Shown here one piece after another: positions 19,278 through 26,626 of a stretch of DNA of 54,154 nt. Origin of the DNA: Nitrososphaerota archaeon. Its GTDB lineage: Archaea > Thermoproteota > Nitrososphaeria > Nitrososphaerales > Nitrosopumilaceae. Position 1 is the first letter of the stretch. Each line of letters begins with the position of its first letter. The translations under genes were made by a program, and so were the position numbers. Location: NCBI GenBank assembly GCA_016871975.1, contig VHBM01000001.1, forward strand, positions 1 to 54,154. Reading direction: 5' to 3'. Below the pieces are notes generated by a model. It was given only the letters and a program-made list of their open reading frames with translations, made no database searches and was not told the origin of the DNA.

Positions 19278-19792
19278 TTTGTATCACCTAAAATCTGTTT
19301 TCTAAAGTCCGTTGCGTTCTTGTAAATATTTTCATAGAAGAGTCGCTCCTCAATGGTCAGCTTTTGAGAAAGATTCGCAGTTAATTTTGATGAATCTGCA
19401 AGGTGAACTATTTTTCCTTGTCTTTTTCTAAGCAAAGTGTTTAGCATGCTTTCTACCTTGTCAAAGTCTTGTTGTGGCAGAGTTTTCATGTATGATTTTA
19501 GTCTAATGTAAAAGTGAGGATCCAAAGTAGCTAATTCAAATTCGCCTTGTACATTTTCTTTTACCATAGCCTGTTTTAGTTCTACTACCATATCGGCATC
19601 CTCGATTTTTGCGTGTCTTTCTGATTCGAGCACTCGAGCTATCCATCTTGGGACATTGAGAATTTCTCCCTGTTTTCCTTCAATTTCAATTCCACTAATG
19701 TTTAGCTTGATATCATGATTTAGAATAATCTTGACCTCTTCCAGACTATACCCTGTGGTATGTACCTTTACCATATCTTGTGCTTCGATCAT
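19274..19792 (-). CDS. GINS complex subunit (Gins23-like)
   Basis: Sits directly upstream of mcm and overlaps it by 4 nt, the gene order known from Sulfolobus. LNVPRWIARVLE and the C-terminal LTIEERLFYENIY resemble GINS B- and A-domain motifs. The assignment is partly positional. Confidence 0.6.
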   Translation of the reverse strand: MIEAQDMVKVHTTGYSLEEVKIILNHDIKLNISGIEIEGKQGEILNVPRWIARVLESERHAKIEDADMVVELKQAMVKENVQGEFELATLDPHFYIRLKSYMKTLPQQDFDKVESMLNTLLRKRQGKIVHLADSSKLTANLSQKLTIEERLFYENIYKNATDFRKQILGDTK

Positions 19793-19923
19793 GTTGGGAT
19801 CATGATCCCCAAAGAGGATCCGTATCTATAGGATCGATCAAAACTCTTCACAAAAAGGTCTGATCATTTGATCCTCAAATACACTTCGAAGTTTATTAAT
19901 AAGGAAATGGTGGCGATCAAATG
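19787..19923. promoter_or_regulatory. GATC-rich motif array in the divergent GINS-MCM / RFC intergenic region
   Basis: Nine GATC tetramers lie in about 132 bp. The array includes a 14-bp palindrome GGGATCATGATCCC (19796-19809), repeated RGGATC units, and a 9-bp inverted repeat CATTTGATC (19865-19873) / GATCAAATG (19915-19923) that brackets a TATA-like TTTATTAATAA. Confidence 0.5.
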
Positions 19924-19940
19924 TGTCACTGCAGAATTTA

Positions 19941-20879
19941 ATGTGGGTTGAAAAATATCGTCCCACAAAACTTGCAGATCTAGTAAACCAAAAAGATATT
20001 GTTGGAAGCCTAAGTGTTTTATTAAAAAATCCTCAAGAGATGCCTCACTTTTTGTTTTCCGGTTCTGCGGGTGTTGGAAAAACAACTGCCGCTATATGCA
20101 TATCTCATGAAATACTAGGAGAGCATTGGCATGACTTTACCCTAGAGCTAAATGCATCAGATGAACGTGGAATCAATATGGTAAGAGAACGAGTAAAAAA
20201 ATTCTCGCGCTTTGCTGGCCTTGATACTGAAATTCCATTTAAAATAATTATTCTTGACGAGGCAGATGAAATGACATCTGATGCACAAACTGCCCTGCGA
20301 CGAATAATTGAAGATACATCAAAGTATTGTAGGTTTATTTTAATTGCGAACAACATTTCAAACATTATAGACCCAATTCAGAGTAGATGTGCGGTTTTCA
20401 AGTTTACAAGAATTGCAGAAAAAGATGTTGTGACACATCTAAAAAACATCGCAAAAAAGGAAAAAGTGAAGGTTGATGAGAAAGGACTAAGTGCCATTTA
20501 TGATTATTCTGAAGGCGATTTGCGTCATGCAATAAACGTAATGCAAGCAGCTGCAAGTTTGGGAAGTATAACTGAGGAAAATGTCAAAAAGTCTGCTGGA
20601 CTAACAAAAACAAATGATGTTGATGTTGTACTAAAACTTGCACTTGGTGGAAAACTTGCAGATGCCAGAAACAAAATGATTGAGCTCATCAAGGTTTACG
20701 GAATGTCAGAATCTGATTTTTTAAAATACATCAATCAAAGTGTATTTAAGCAAAAAAATGATCATTTAGAAGAGATTTTGCAGATAATTGCAAAATATGA
20801 TTATAGAATTTTATCAGGTGCAAACCCTGAGATCCAGCTTACATCGCTTTTAGCTGAGCTTGGAAAGTTTGGAAAATAG
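19941..20879 (+). CDS. rfcS: Replication factor C small subunit
   Basis: MWVEKYRP start, Walker A GSAGVGKTT, DEAD-like ILDEADEMT, SRC motif QSRCAVFKF, and sensor-2 region GDLRHAIN. The track ORF begins 18 nt upstream, but ATG 19941 fits the family N-terminus. Confidence 0.93.
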   Translation: MWVEKYRPTKLADLVNQKDIVGSLSVLLKNPQEMPHFLFSGSAGVGKTTAAICISHEILGEHWHDFTLELNASDERGINMVRERVKKFSRFAGLDTEIPFKIIILDEADEMTSDAQTALRRIIEDTSKYCRFILIANNISNIIDPIQSRCAVFKFTRIAEKDVVTHLKNIAKKEKVKVDEKGLSAIYDYSEGDLRHAINVMQAAASLGSITEENVKKSAGLTKTNDVDVVLKLALGGKLADARNKMIELIKVYGMSESDFLKYINQSVFKQKNDHLEEILQIIAKYDYRILSGANPEIQLTSLLAELGKFGK

Positions 20880-20963
20880 CGCAGAGAGAGGGATTTGAAC
20901 CCTCGCGTGCTTGCGCACACAGGCTCTCAAGGCCCGCGCCCTGCCGAGCTAGGCGACCTCTGC
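20880..20963 (-). tRNA. tRNA-Ser (anticodon TGA)
   Basis: 84-nt cloverleaf with a long variable arm (TGTGCGCAAGCACGC). Acceptor GCAGAGG/TCTCTGC, anticodon loop CTTGAGA, T arm GAGGG-TTCAAAT-CCCTC. Confidence 0.88.
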
Positions 20964-21005
20964 GGAATTCGATGCTAACAACTGATTAAAATTTGTTTTA
21001 ATCGT

Positions 21006-21034
21006 GATTTGATAATATCACATATTATCAAATC
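21006..21034. repeat. 29-bp palindrome: perfect 13-bp arms GATTTGATAATAT / ATATTATCAAATC around a CAC spacer
   Basis: Read directly. It lies 32 nt downstream of the ferredoxin stop, following a T-tract on the minus strand, and about 45-70 nt upstream of the tRNA-Ser 5' end. Confidence 0.6.
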
Positions 21035-21065
21035 TATGAAAAATAAAGAAAGAGAGAGAAGATGT

Positions 21066-21602
21066 CTAGTCGTGTGCGTGTGGATTTGCTTGTCCAGAAC
21101 CTAATTTCTGATAAGTTCCTGCTGCCTTTTCATGGTATTCCAAGTTTGATTGATCAACCTTGACAGCCAGAGGAGGACATACTGAAACGCATGCCATACA
21201 CCATATACAATCATGCTCTCGAATTGGATCGGCTTTGTCGGTAAAGTCCTTTCGCTCTTCTTTAACAGATGAGCCAGTTCCTGCAAAGGTTTCATTTATT
21301 GCCTTTATGGCAGGAATGTCTTTTTCGGTTCTATACCATTGAAATACTTGGACTGGACATGCCTCGATGCATGCACCGTCTGCAACACAAGAATCCCAAT
21401 CAACTGCGACCATTGTACCACTACCACCTAGTGGAACCTGTTTTTCGCCACGGGCCTTGTATGCAGCCTTTACTACGTCACTTTCAAAAGCTTCAGCCTT
21501 TGATCTACCAGGGCCCCAAACCCAATGGAAGTGTTCTCCGTCAGAATGCATTATTTTTCCAATAGGTTTCAGACCTTTTGGATAGTCTTCTGCGATTGGC
21601 AT
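21066..21602 (-). CDS. Dicluster (3Fe-4S + 4Fe-4S) ferredoxin of the Sulfolobus zinc-containing type, with N-terminal extension and inter-cluster insert
   Basis: [24 protein letters not shown] and [20 protein letters not shown] closely resemble the Sulfolobus 7Fe ferredoxin core. The N-terminal extension is His-rich (HSDGEHFH). Confidence 0.8.
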   Translation of the reverse strand: MPIAEDYPKGLKPIGKIMHSDGEHFHWVWGPGRSKAEAFESDVVKAAYKARGEKQVPLGGSGTMVAVDWDSCVADGACIEACPVQVFQWYRTEKDIPAIKAINETFAGTGSSVKEERKDFTDKADPIREHDCIWCMACVSVCPPLAVKVDQSNLEYHEKAAGTYQKLGSGQANPHAHD

Positions 21603-21743
21603 GTAGGTTTTTCGGATAAATGTTATTTAAATCTAGACCAAATTAGTCAAAACTAAATGGATGATCGGTGAAACAAGTAAATTATAACACTGTTTTCACT
21701 ATCTTACTTCCTTACGTTCATATCTTTTGTAAATAAAATTTTG

Positions 21744-22412
21744 ATGTTGGATATTATCAAGTACGATGTATACCGAGGTCCAAACATCGGTGTTTATACT
21801 AAGGTCAATGACAGCTTTGTCTTTTTACCAAACGGATTTGCAAAGACAAAAGCAAAGAATCTAGCAGATTATCTAAAAACTGATTTTATTTTTACATCAG
21901 TTGCGAACACGAGATTAGTTGGCACTCTTATGGCTGTAAACAACAATGGCATACTATTGCCAAACATCAGCTTTGAACATGAACTAGAACATCTGAAAAA
22001 GGCGACCAACCTAAATGTTGAGGTTTTGGATACAAAGTTTACTGCCCTTGGCAATCTTATTTGTGCAAATGACAAAGGAGGCATAATCTCACCTATGATT
22101 CCAAAGGAGAACCTCAAAAAAATTAAAGATGTTTTAGGTATCGAGGTTATTCAAAAAAAGGTTGCAGGATACCACCAAGTTGGAGCAATGATTGTTGCAA
22201 CATCTCATGGAGGAATAATTCATCCAGAAACCGATGATGAGGACATTAAAGTGATCTCAAGCGTTTTGGGTGTAAATGTAGAGCCTGCCACAATAAATGG
22301 TGGAATTCCATTTGTATCATCTGGAATTTTGGCAAATAACAAGTCAATTGTGGTGGGCACTTTAACAAATGGCCCTGAGATAATGATGCTTACTCGAGCC
22401 TTTACAAATTAA
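21744..22412 (+). CDS. eif6: Translation initiation factor 6 (aIF6)
   Basis: Pentein repeat pattern with NIGVY...N..V.LP, GTLMAVNNNGILLP, LGNLICANDKGGIISP and VGAMIVATSHGGIIHP. About 222 aa. Confidence 0.9.
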   Translation: MLDIIKYDVYRGPNIGVYTKVNDSFVFLPNGFAKTKAKNLADYLKTDFIFTSVANTRLVGTLMAVNNNGILLPNISFEHELEHLKKATNLNVEVLDTKFTALGNLICANDKGGIISPMIPKENLKKIKDVLGIEVIQKKVAGYHQVGAMIVATSHGGIIHPETDDEDIKVISSVLGVNVEPATINGGIPFVSSGILANNKSIVVGTLTNGPEIMMLTRAFTN

Positions 22413-23676
22413 GAATAGATTTTGGATTTTTTAAGAGATCATCAACTGTGATTTGTTTTTCCTTTCCATCTAGCATATTACGTAAGATGAGTGATTTTGA
22501 TGAGAATTCTTTTGGTGCTATAATTACTGCAAATTTTGATTCAGAGGCAGATTCCATTTGTTTTTTTAATGGCTTTCCTGAAAGATCAATTTCAACTGGA
22601 ACTCCTTTTTGTCGTAGTTTTGATGCAATACTTGTTGCATGTTTTTGCATCTCTTCATTTACATATAAAACATAAACCGATTTTGATTGTTCTAGCTTTA
22701 CAATTTTTTGTTCTTCCATTGTTAGTATGATTCGCTCGACTCCACCGGCAACTCCTGTTGCGCCAAGATCTTTTCTGCCAAATGCCTTTGCCAAACTGTC
22801 ATATCTTCCTCCACCAGCCAAAGCTCCAAGATCAGACTTTTCATCAAAAACCTCAAAAACCATTCCAGAATAGTAGTCTAGCCCTCTTACTATTCCAAAG
22901 TTTATTCTAATGTTTTTTACATCACGGTTTTGAAGTGAATTCCATAGATTTTTGAGATCTGACCAAGATTCTAGCCTTGAGGCATCAAGTTTCTTTTCAA
23001 TTTCGATTAGGCTTCCTTTTATCTTTGAAAATTCTAGTATTTTTTCTAAATTTTCCTTAGAATGACCCTTTTTTTGATATTCTAAAAGAATTTCATTTTT
23101 TGATTTCTTTGAAAGCTTGTCAACTGCTCTTAAAATGTCTGAGATCTTTACTTTGTCTTCGGTTCCTAGTACAGATTTGATATAAGACTCTATGAGGCTT
23201 CTATGATTTATGTCAACTATGATGTGTTTTAGTCCCAATCCATCAAAGAGTCTTGATGTAAACTCGATTACTTCAGCTTCGGATTCTATGCTTGGCTTTC
23301 CATAAATTTCGATATTCCATTGATGGAAGAATCTGTATCGTCCTTTTTGTGGTTCATCATATCTCCACACTCCACCAAATGATGACATTTTTGCTGGCAG
23401 CTTGAGTGACTTTTGCGATACTACATACCGTGTTAGACCTACAGTAAAATCAAATCGTAGTGCAATATCTCGTTCGCCTTTGTCTTTGAAATAATAGATT
23501 TCATCTCGGATCGCAGCTCCACTTTTTGCCTCAAGAGTAGATAGCAGCTCAATTGGGGATGGTTCTATTTGTTTGAATCCAAAAAGTTCTGATGTTTCAA
23601 GAAATTTTTTTCTAACAAATTCGATTTTTCCAAGCTCGGCTTGTTCAAAATCCTTCATTCCACGTGGTAGTTCCAA
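22402..23676 (-). CDS. hisS: Histidyl-tRNA synthetase
   Basis: Class II motifs: LPRGMKDF, motif 2 region VWRYDEPQKGRYRFFHQWNIEIYG, motif 3 GGGRYD...GVAGGVERI, and the anticodon-binding domain. TTG start. Confidence 0.92.
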   Translation of the reverse strand: MELPRGMKDFEQAELGKIEFVRKKFLETSELFGFKQIEPSPIELLSTLEAKSGAAIRDEIYYFKDKGERDIALRFDFTVGLTRYVVSQKSLKLPAKMSSFGGVWRYDEPQKGRYRFFHQWNIEIYGKPSIESEAEVIEFTSRLFDGLGLKHIIVDINHRSLIESYIKSVLGTEDKVKISDILRAVDKLSKKSKNEILLEYQKKGHSKENLEKILEFSKIKGSLIEIEKKLDASRLESWSDLKNLWNSLQNRDVKNIRINFGIVRGLDYYSGMVFEVFDEKSDLGALAGGGRYDSLAKAFGRKDLGATGVAGGVERIILTMEEQKIVKLEQSKSVYVLYVNEEMQKHATSIASKLRQKGVPVEIDLSGKPLKKQMESASESKFAVIIAPKEFSSKSLILRNMLDGKEKQITVDDLLKNPKSILNL

Positions 23677-23791
23677 ATTACTGAATCGTTACCAAATAAT
23701 GATTTAAGACTTTACGAATGAAACTATAACGTTGTTACTTTTAGGTTCATGCATTCCCTATTAATATCTCGTAATTGTTTCAAAGAACAAA

Positions 23792-24208
23792 ATGAGCTAC
23801 AAGCTATTAGAACACGCAACAGATGCTGTCATTGAAATAACTGCGTCTAGTCTAAAAGAAGCATTTGTTGTTGCTGGTCAATCTGTTGTAGATATTACAT
23901 TAGATTCAGAAAAAGTGGAAGAAAGAGAACAAAGAATGCTTAAAGTTGCAGGAAAAGACCTGCAATATCTTTTGTTTAACTGGCTTGAAGAGGTAAATTA
24001 TCAGCTAATCACAGAAGGTTTTGCAATTCATAGATTTTCAGTTGATATTTCAAAAAATTCAGAATACAAACTAAATGCAACGGCATATGGCGAGCCACTC
24101 GATTTACAAAAACATCGCTTTAGAGTAGAGATAAAGGCACCAACGTTTCATGAAATGGAAATAAGCGAAGGCAAGGAAGTAGTAATGCGATTTCTTTTAG
24201 ATCTGTAA
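23792..24208 (+). CDS. Archease
   Basis: YKLLEHATDAVIEI at the N-terminus (archease H-T-A-D-type motif) and C-terminal VEIKAPTFHEMEI. 138 aa. Confidence 0.85.
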   Translation: MSYKLLEHATDAVIEITASSLKEAFVVAGQSVVDITLDSEKVEEREQRMLKVAGKDLQYLLFNWLEEVNYQLITEGFAIHRFSVDISKNSEYKLNATAYGEPLDLQKHRFRVEIKAPTFHEMEISEGKEVVMRFLLDL

Positions 24209-24243
24209 TGATTCATAAATAATCAAATCATATCTTTTGTATT

Positions 24244-24645
24244 ATGGAAGACCCAGAGCTTGAAAGAATCAAAGAAAAAAAGCTAGCTGAACTTCTAAAA
24301 AGGCAGACAGAGTTTAAGGCTCAACAAGAACTCGATGTAATTGATCTAAACGAATCAAACTTTGATCAAGTAATTGCAAGTGATACTCCGACGCTTGTTG
24401 ATTTTTGGGCAGAGTGGTGCGGTCCATGCAGAATGATGCATCCAGTTTTTACAAGGCTTGCAAAAAAATACCCAAAAGTACGCTTTGCCAGATTAAACGT
24501 TGATCATTCACAAAGCATTGCAATGAGGTTTGGAGTGCAGGCAATACCAACATTTATCATGTTCAAGTCGGGCGTGCCTGTAGATAGAATGATGGGTGCT
24601 GTTGGCGAGCCAGGAATGCATATGATCTGCCAAAAGTATTCATAA
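24244..24645 (+). CDS. trx: Thioredoxin with N-terminal charged extension
   Basis: Active site FWAEWCGPCR and the cis-Pro region IPTFIMF. Confidence 0.88.
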   Translation: MEDPELERIKEKKLAELLKRQTEFKAQQELDVIDLNESNFDQVIASDTPTLVDFWAEWCGPCRMMHPVFTRLAKKYPKVRFARLNVDHSQSIAMRFGVQAIPTFIMFKSGVPVDRMMGAVGEPGMHMICQKYS

Positions 24646-24693
24646 ATTGATGATTTAAAAAATTAATATCGTCACCGTTTTGTTGTAGAGCAG

Positions 24694-25863
24694 ATGTCGG
24701 ATACAGGATCTAGAGGAAATAATGAACAAGTTTCGATTATAGTTCCAACATATAATGAATCGCAAAACATACTTGCCATCTTAAAATCAATTGAGCAAAA
24801 TTTACCAAAAAATAAACCTGTTGAGACTATCGTAGTAGATGATAATTCGCCAGATGGGACTGGCAGTATTGTTGAAGAATACATTAACACTGTGAAAAAA
24901 GCCGCAGGATACACTATTGGAGTTATTCGCAGAAAAGCAAAGGAAGGACTTAGTTCTGCAATCCTGAAAGGAATTGAGAGTTCAAAAGGTCAAACAATTG
25001 TAGTTATGGATAGCGATCGTTCTCATCCACCAGACATTATTCCAAAAATGGTAGACACATTAGATAATTCCGAGTGCGATATTGTTGTAGCATCAAGATA
25101 TGTAAAAGGAGGCGCGGTTTCAGGATGGTCAGTAAAACGAAAACTAATCAGCAAAGTAGCAACAAAAATTGCACAACATGGTCTTGGGGTTGGACAAAAG
25201 GATCCCTTGTCTGGGTTTTTTGCATTCAAGCGAAACATACTTGATGGTTTAAAGCTTGACGCTATTGGATACAAAATGCTACTTGAGATTCTTGTAAAAA
25301 CAAAAGGGGTTCGCGTAAAGGAGATTCCATATACATTTACAAACAGAATGCAAGGTGAAAGCAAGCTTGGAACACCTGTAGTTTTTGATTACATCAGATC
25401 TGTTTGGAAATTATACAGATATGGTACATTGCAAAGGAGGCAAGAAAAACGTGCCTCAGTACGTTTCCTGTCAAAGGCTGCCAGATTTTATACTGTTGGC
25501 GCGTCTGGTTTAGTTGTAAACTATCTAATGTCGCTTTTGTTTGCAACTGAAATTGCAAGCCTTTGGTATCTTCATGCAAATGTAGTTGGGATCATGTCCT
25601 CTATGACTACAAATTTTGTACTCAACAAAATATGGACGTTTGAAGACAGAAATTTTGTGCCTAGAAGAACGCTGACACAATATGGAAAATTTGTTGGATT
25701 TAGTTCAATTGGGGCACTAATACAGTTAGGATTTGTCTTTTATCTTGTCGAAAATTATAGTTTAATGTATCCACAAGCACTGATATTAGCTGTACTTGTT
25801 GCAGCGTTTGGAAACTTTATTTTAAACAAGAAACTGACCTTCAAGGAAAATCTTTTGGATTAA
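24694..25863 (+). CDS. GT2 dolichyl/polyprenyl-phosphate glycosyltransferase (Dpm1/AglD-like) fused to a GtrA-like membrane domain
   Basis: N-terminal VSIIVPTYNES, VVDDNSPDGT and MDSDRSHPP (DxD-type). The C-terminal ~130 aa have four TM helices with the GtrA-like FYTVGASGLVVNY...NFVLNKIWTF pattern. Confidence 0.82.
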   Translation: MSDTGSRGNNEQVSIIVPTYNESQNILAILKSIEQNLPKNKPVETIVVDDNSPDGTGSIVEEYINTVKKAAGYTIGVIRRKAKEGLSSAILKGIESSKGQTIVVMDSDRSHPPDIIPKMVDTLDNSECDIVVASRYVKGGAVSGWSVKRKLISKVATKIAQHGLGVGQKDPLSGFFAFKRNILDGLKLDAIGYKMLLEILVKTKGVRVKEIPYTFTNRMQGESKLGTPVVFDYIRSVWKLYRYGTLQRRQEKRASVRFLSKAARFYTVGASGLVVNYLMSLLFATEIASLWYLHANVVGIMSSMTTNFVLNKIWTFEDRNFVPRRTLTQYGKFVGFSSIGALIQLGFVFYLVENYSLMYPQALILAVLVAAFGNFILNKKLTFKENLLD

Positions 25864-25930
25864 CCTACACATTATAGAACCTGACAAAACTATCTCAAAA
25901 CTTTAATTCCGATGAAACACGAATGTTGTA

Positions 25931-26407
25931 ATGGGCACAAAACCTATTCCAAAAGGATTTCACACACTCACAGCCAATCTTGTAGTAAAAAATGCCGCTG
26001 ATGCAATTGAGTTTTATAAAAAAGCGTTTGGCGCTCAAGAAATTTACAAAGATTATGCACCACATGGTAAAAACATAATGCATGCAGAGCTCAAAATTGG
26101 TGACTCGATCATAATGCTAAATGATGAATTTCCTTCTTGGAATGTACTTTCACCAAAATCAATAGGTGGTAGTGCAGTTACAATTCACATGTATGTGGGT
26201 GATGTAGACAAAATATTCAATCAGGCAGTAGCTGCAGGAGCTAAAGTAACAATGCCACTCATGGACACATTTTGGGGAGATAGATATGGACATCTAGAAG
26301 ACCCTTTTGGCCACAAGTGGTCCATTGCAACACATAAAAAAGATCTGTCTCGTGAAGAAATTCGCATGGCTGCAGAAGAATTCTTTGCAAATATGGTCAA
26401 ACAATAG
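25931..26407 (+). CDS. VOC / glyoxalase-fold protein (PhnB-like)
   Basis: AIEFYKKAFGA...MHAELKIGDS.IML.D...FWGDRYG...DPFGHKW is the PhnB/VOC pattern. Confidence 0.75.
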   Translation: MGTKPIPKGFHTLTANLVVKNAADAIEFYKKAFGAQEIYKDYAPHGKNIMHAELKIGDSIIMLNDEFPSWNVLSPKSIGGSAVTIHMYVGDVDKIFNQAVAAGAKVTMPLMDTFWGDRYGHLEDPFGHKWSIATHKKDLSREEIRMAAEEFFANMVKQ

Positions 26408-26417
26408 GATTTGTAGT

Positions 26418-26591
26418 TTAAGAAGAGAATAATTTTGTAAAATAGATTTTCTTTAAACAGTTTTGACACATGCAGTCTTTTAGTTCATCGATTTTATCTC
26501 TGCTTAATTTTGGATACGAACTGCACCAGCATGTGTCTTTATCCTCATCACATTCAAATGAATTTCCACATTTTGAGCAAATTTTTTCCAA
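26418..26591 (-). CDS. Small cysteine-rich CWC-type protein (not in supplied ORF track)
   Basis: Minus-strand translation gives (M)EKICSKCGNSFECDEDKDTCWCSSYPKLSRDKIDELKDCMCQNCLKKIYFTKLFSS. The C-x2-C-G ... C-W-C ... C-x-C-x2-C spacing resembles the Cys-rich CWC family. It lies 35 nt downstream of aIF5B on the same strand. A TTG start is inferred. Confidence 0.55.
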   Translation of the reverse strand: MEKICSKCGNSFECDEDKDTCWCSSYPKLSRDKIDELKDCMCQNCLKKIYFTKLFSS

Positions 26592-26626
26592 TAGGACATA
26601 TAAGAAAATGAGTGTCTTTTATGATT

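Noticed and set aside
19787-19923. GATC-rich spacer next to MCM/GINS/RFC as a replication origin
   Set aside because: I found no ORB or mini-ORB-like repeats (the TTCCAGTGGAAAC type). There is no adjacent orc1/cdc6 and no extended AT-rich unwinding element. The region is short and is better read as a promoter or operator array.
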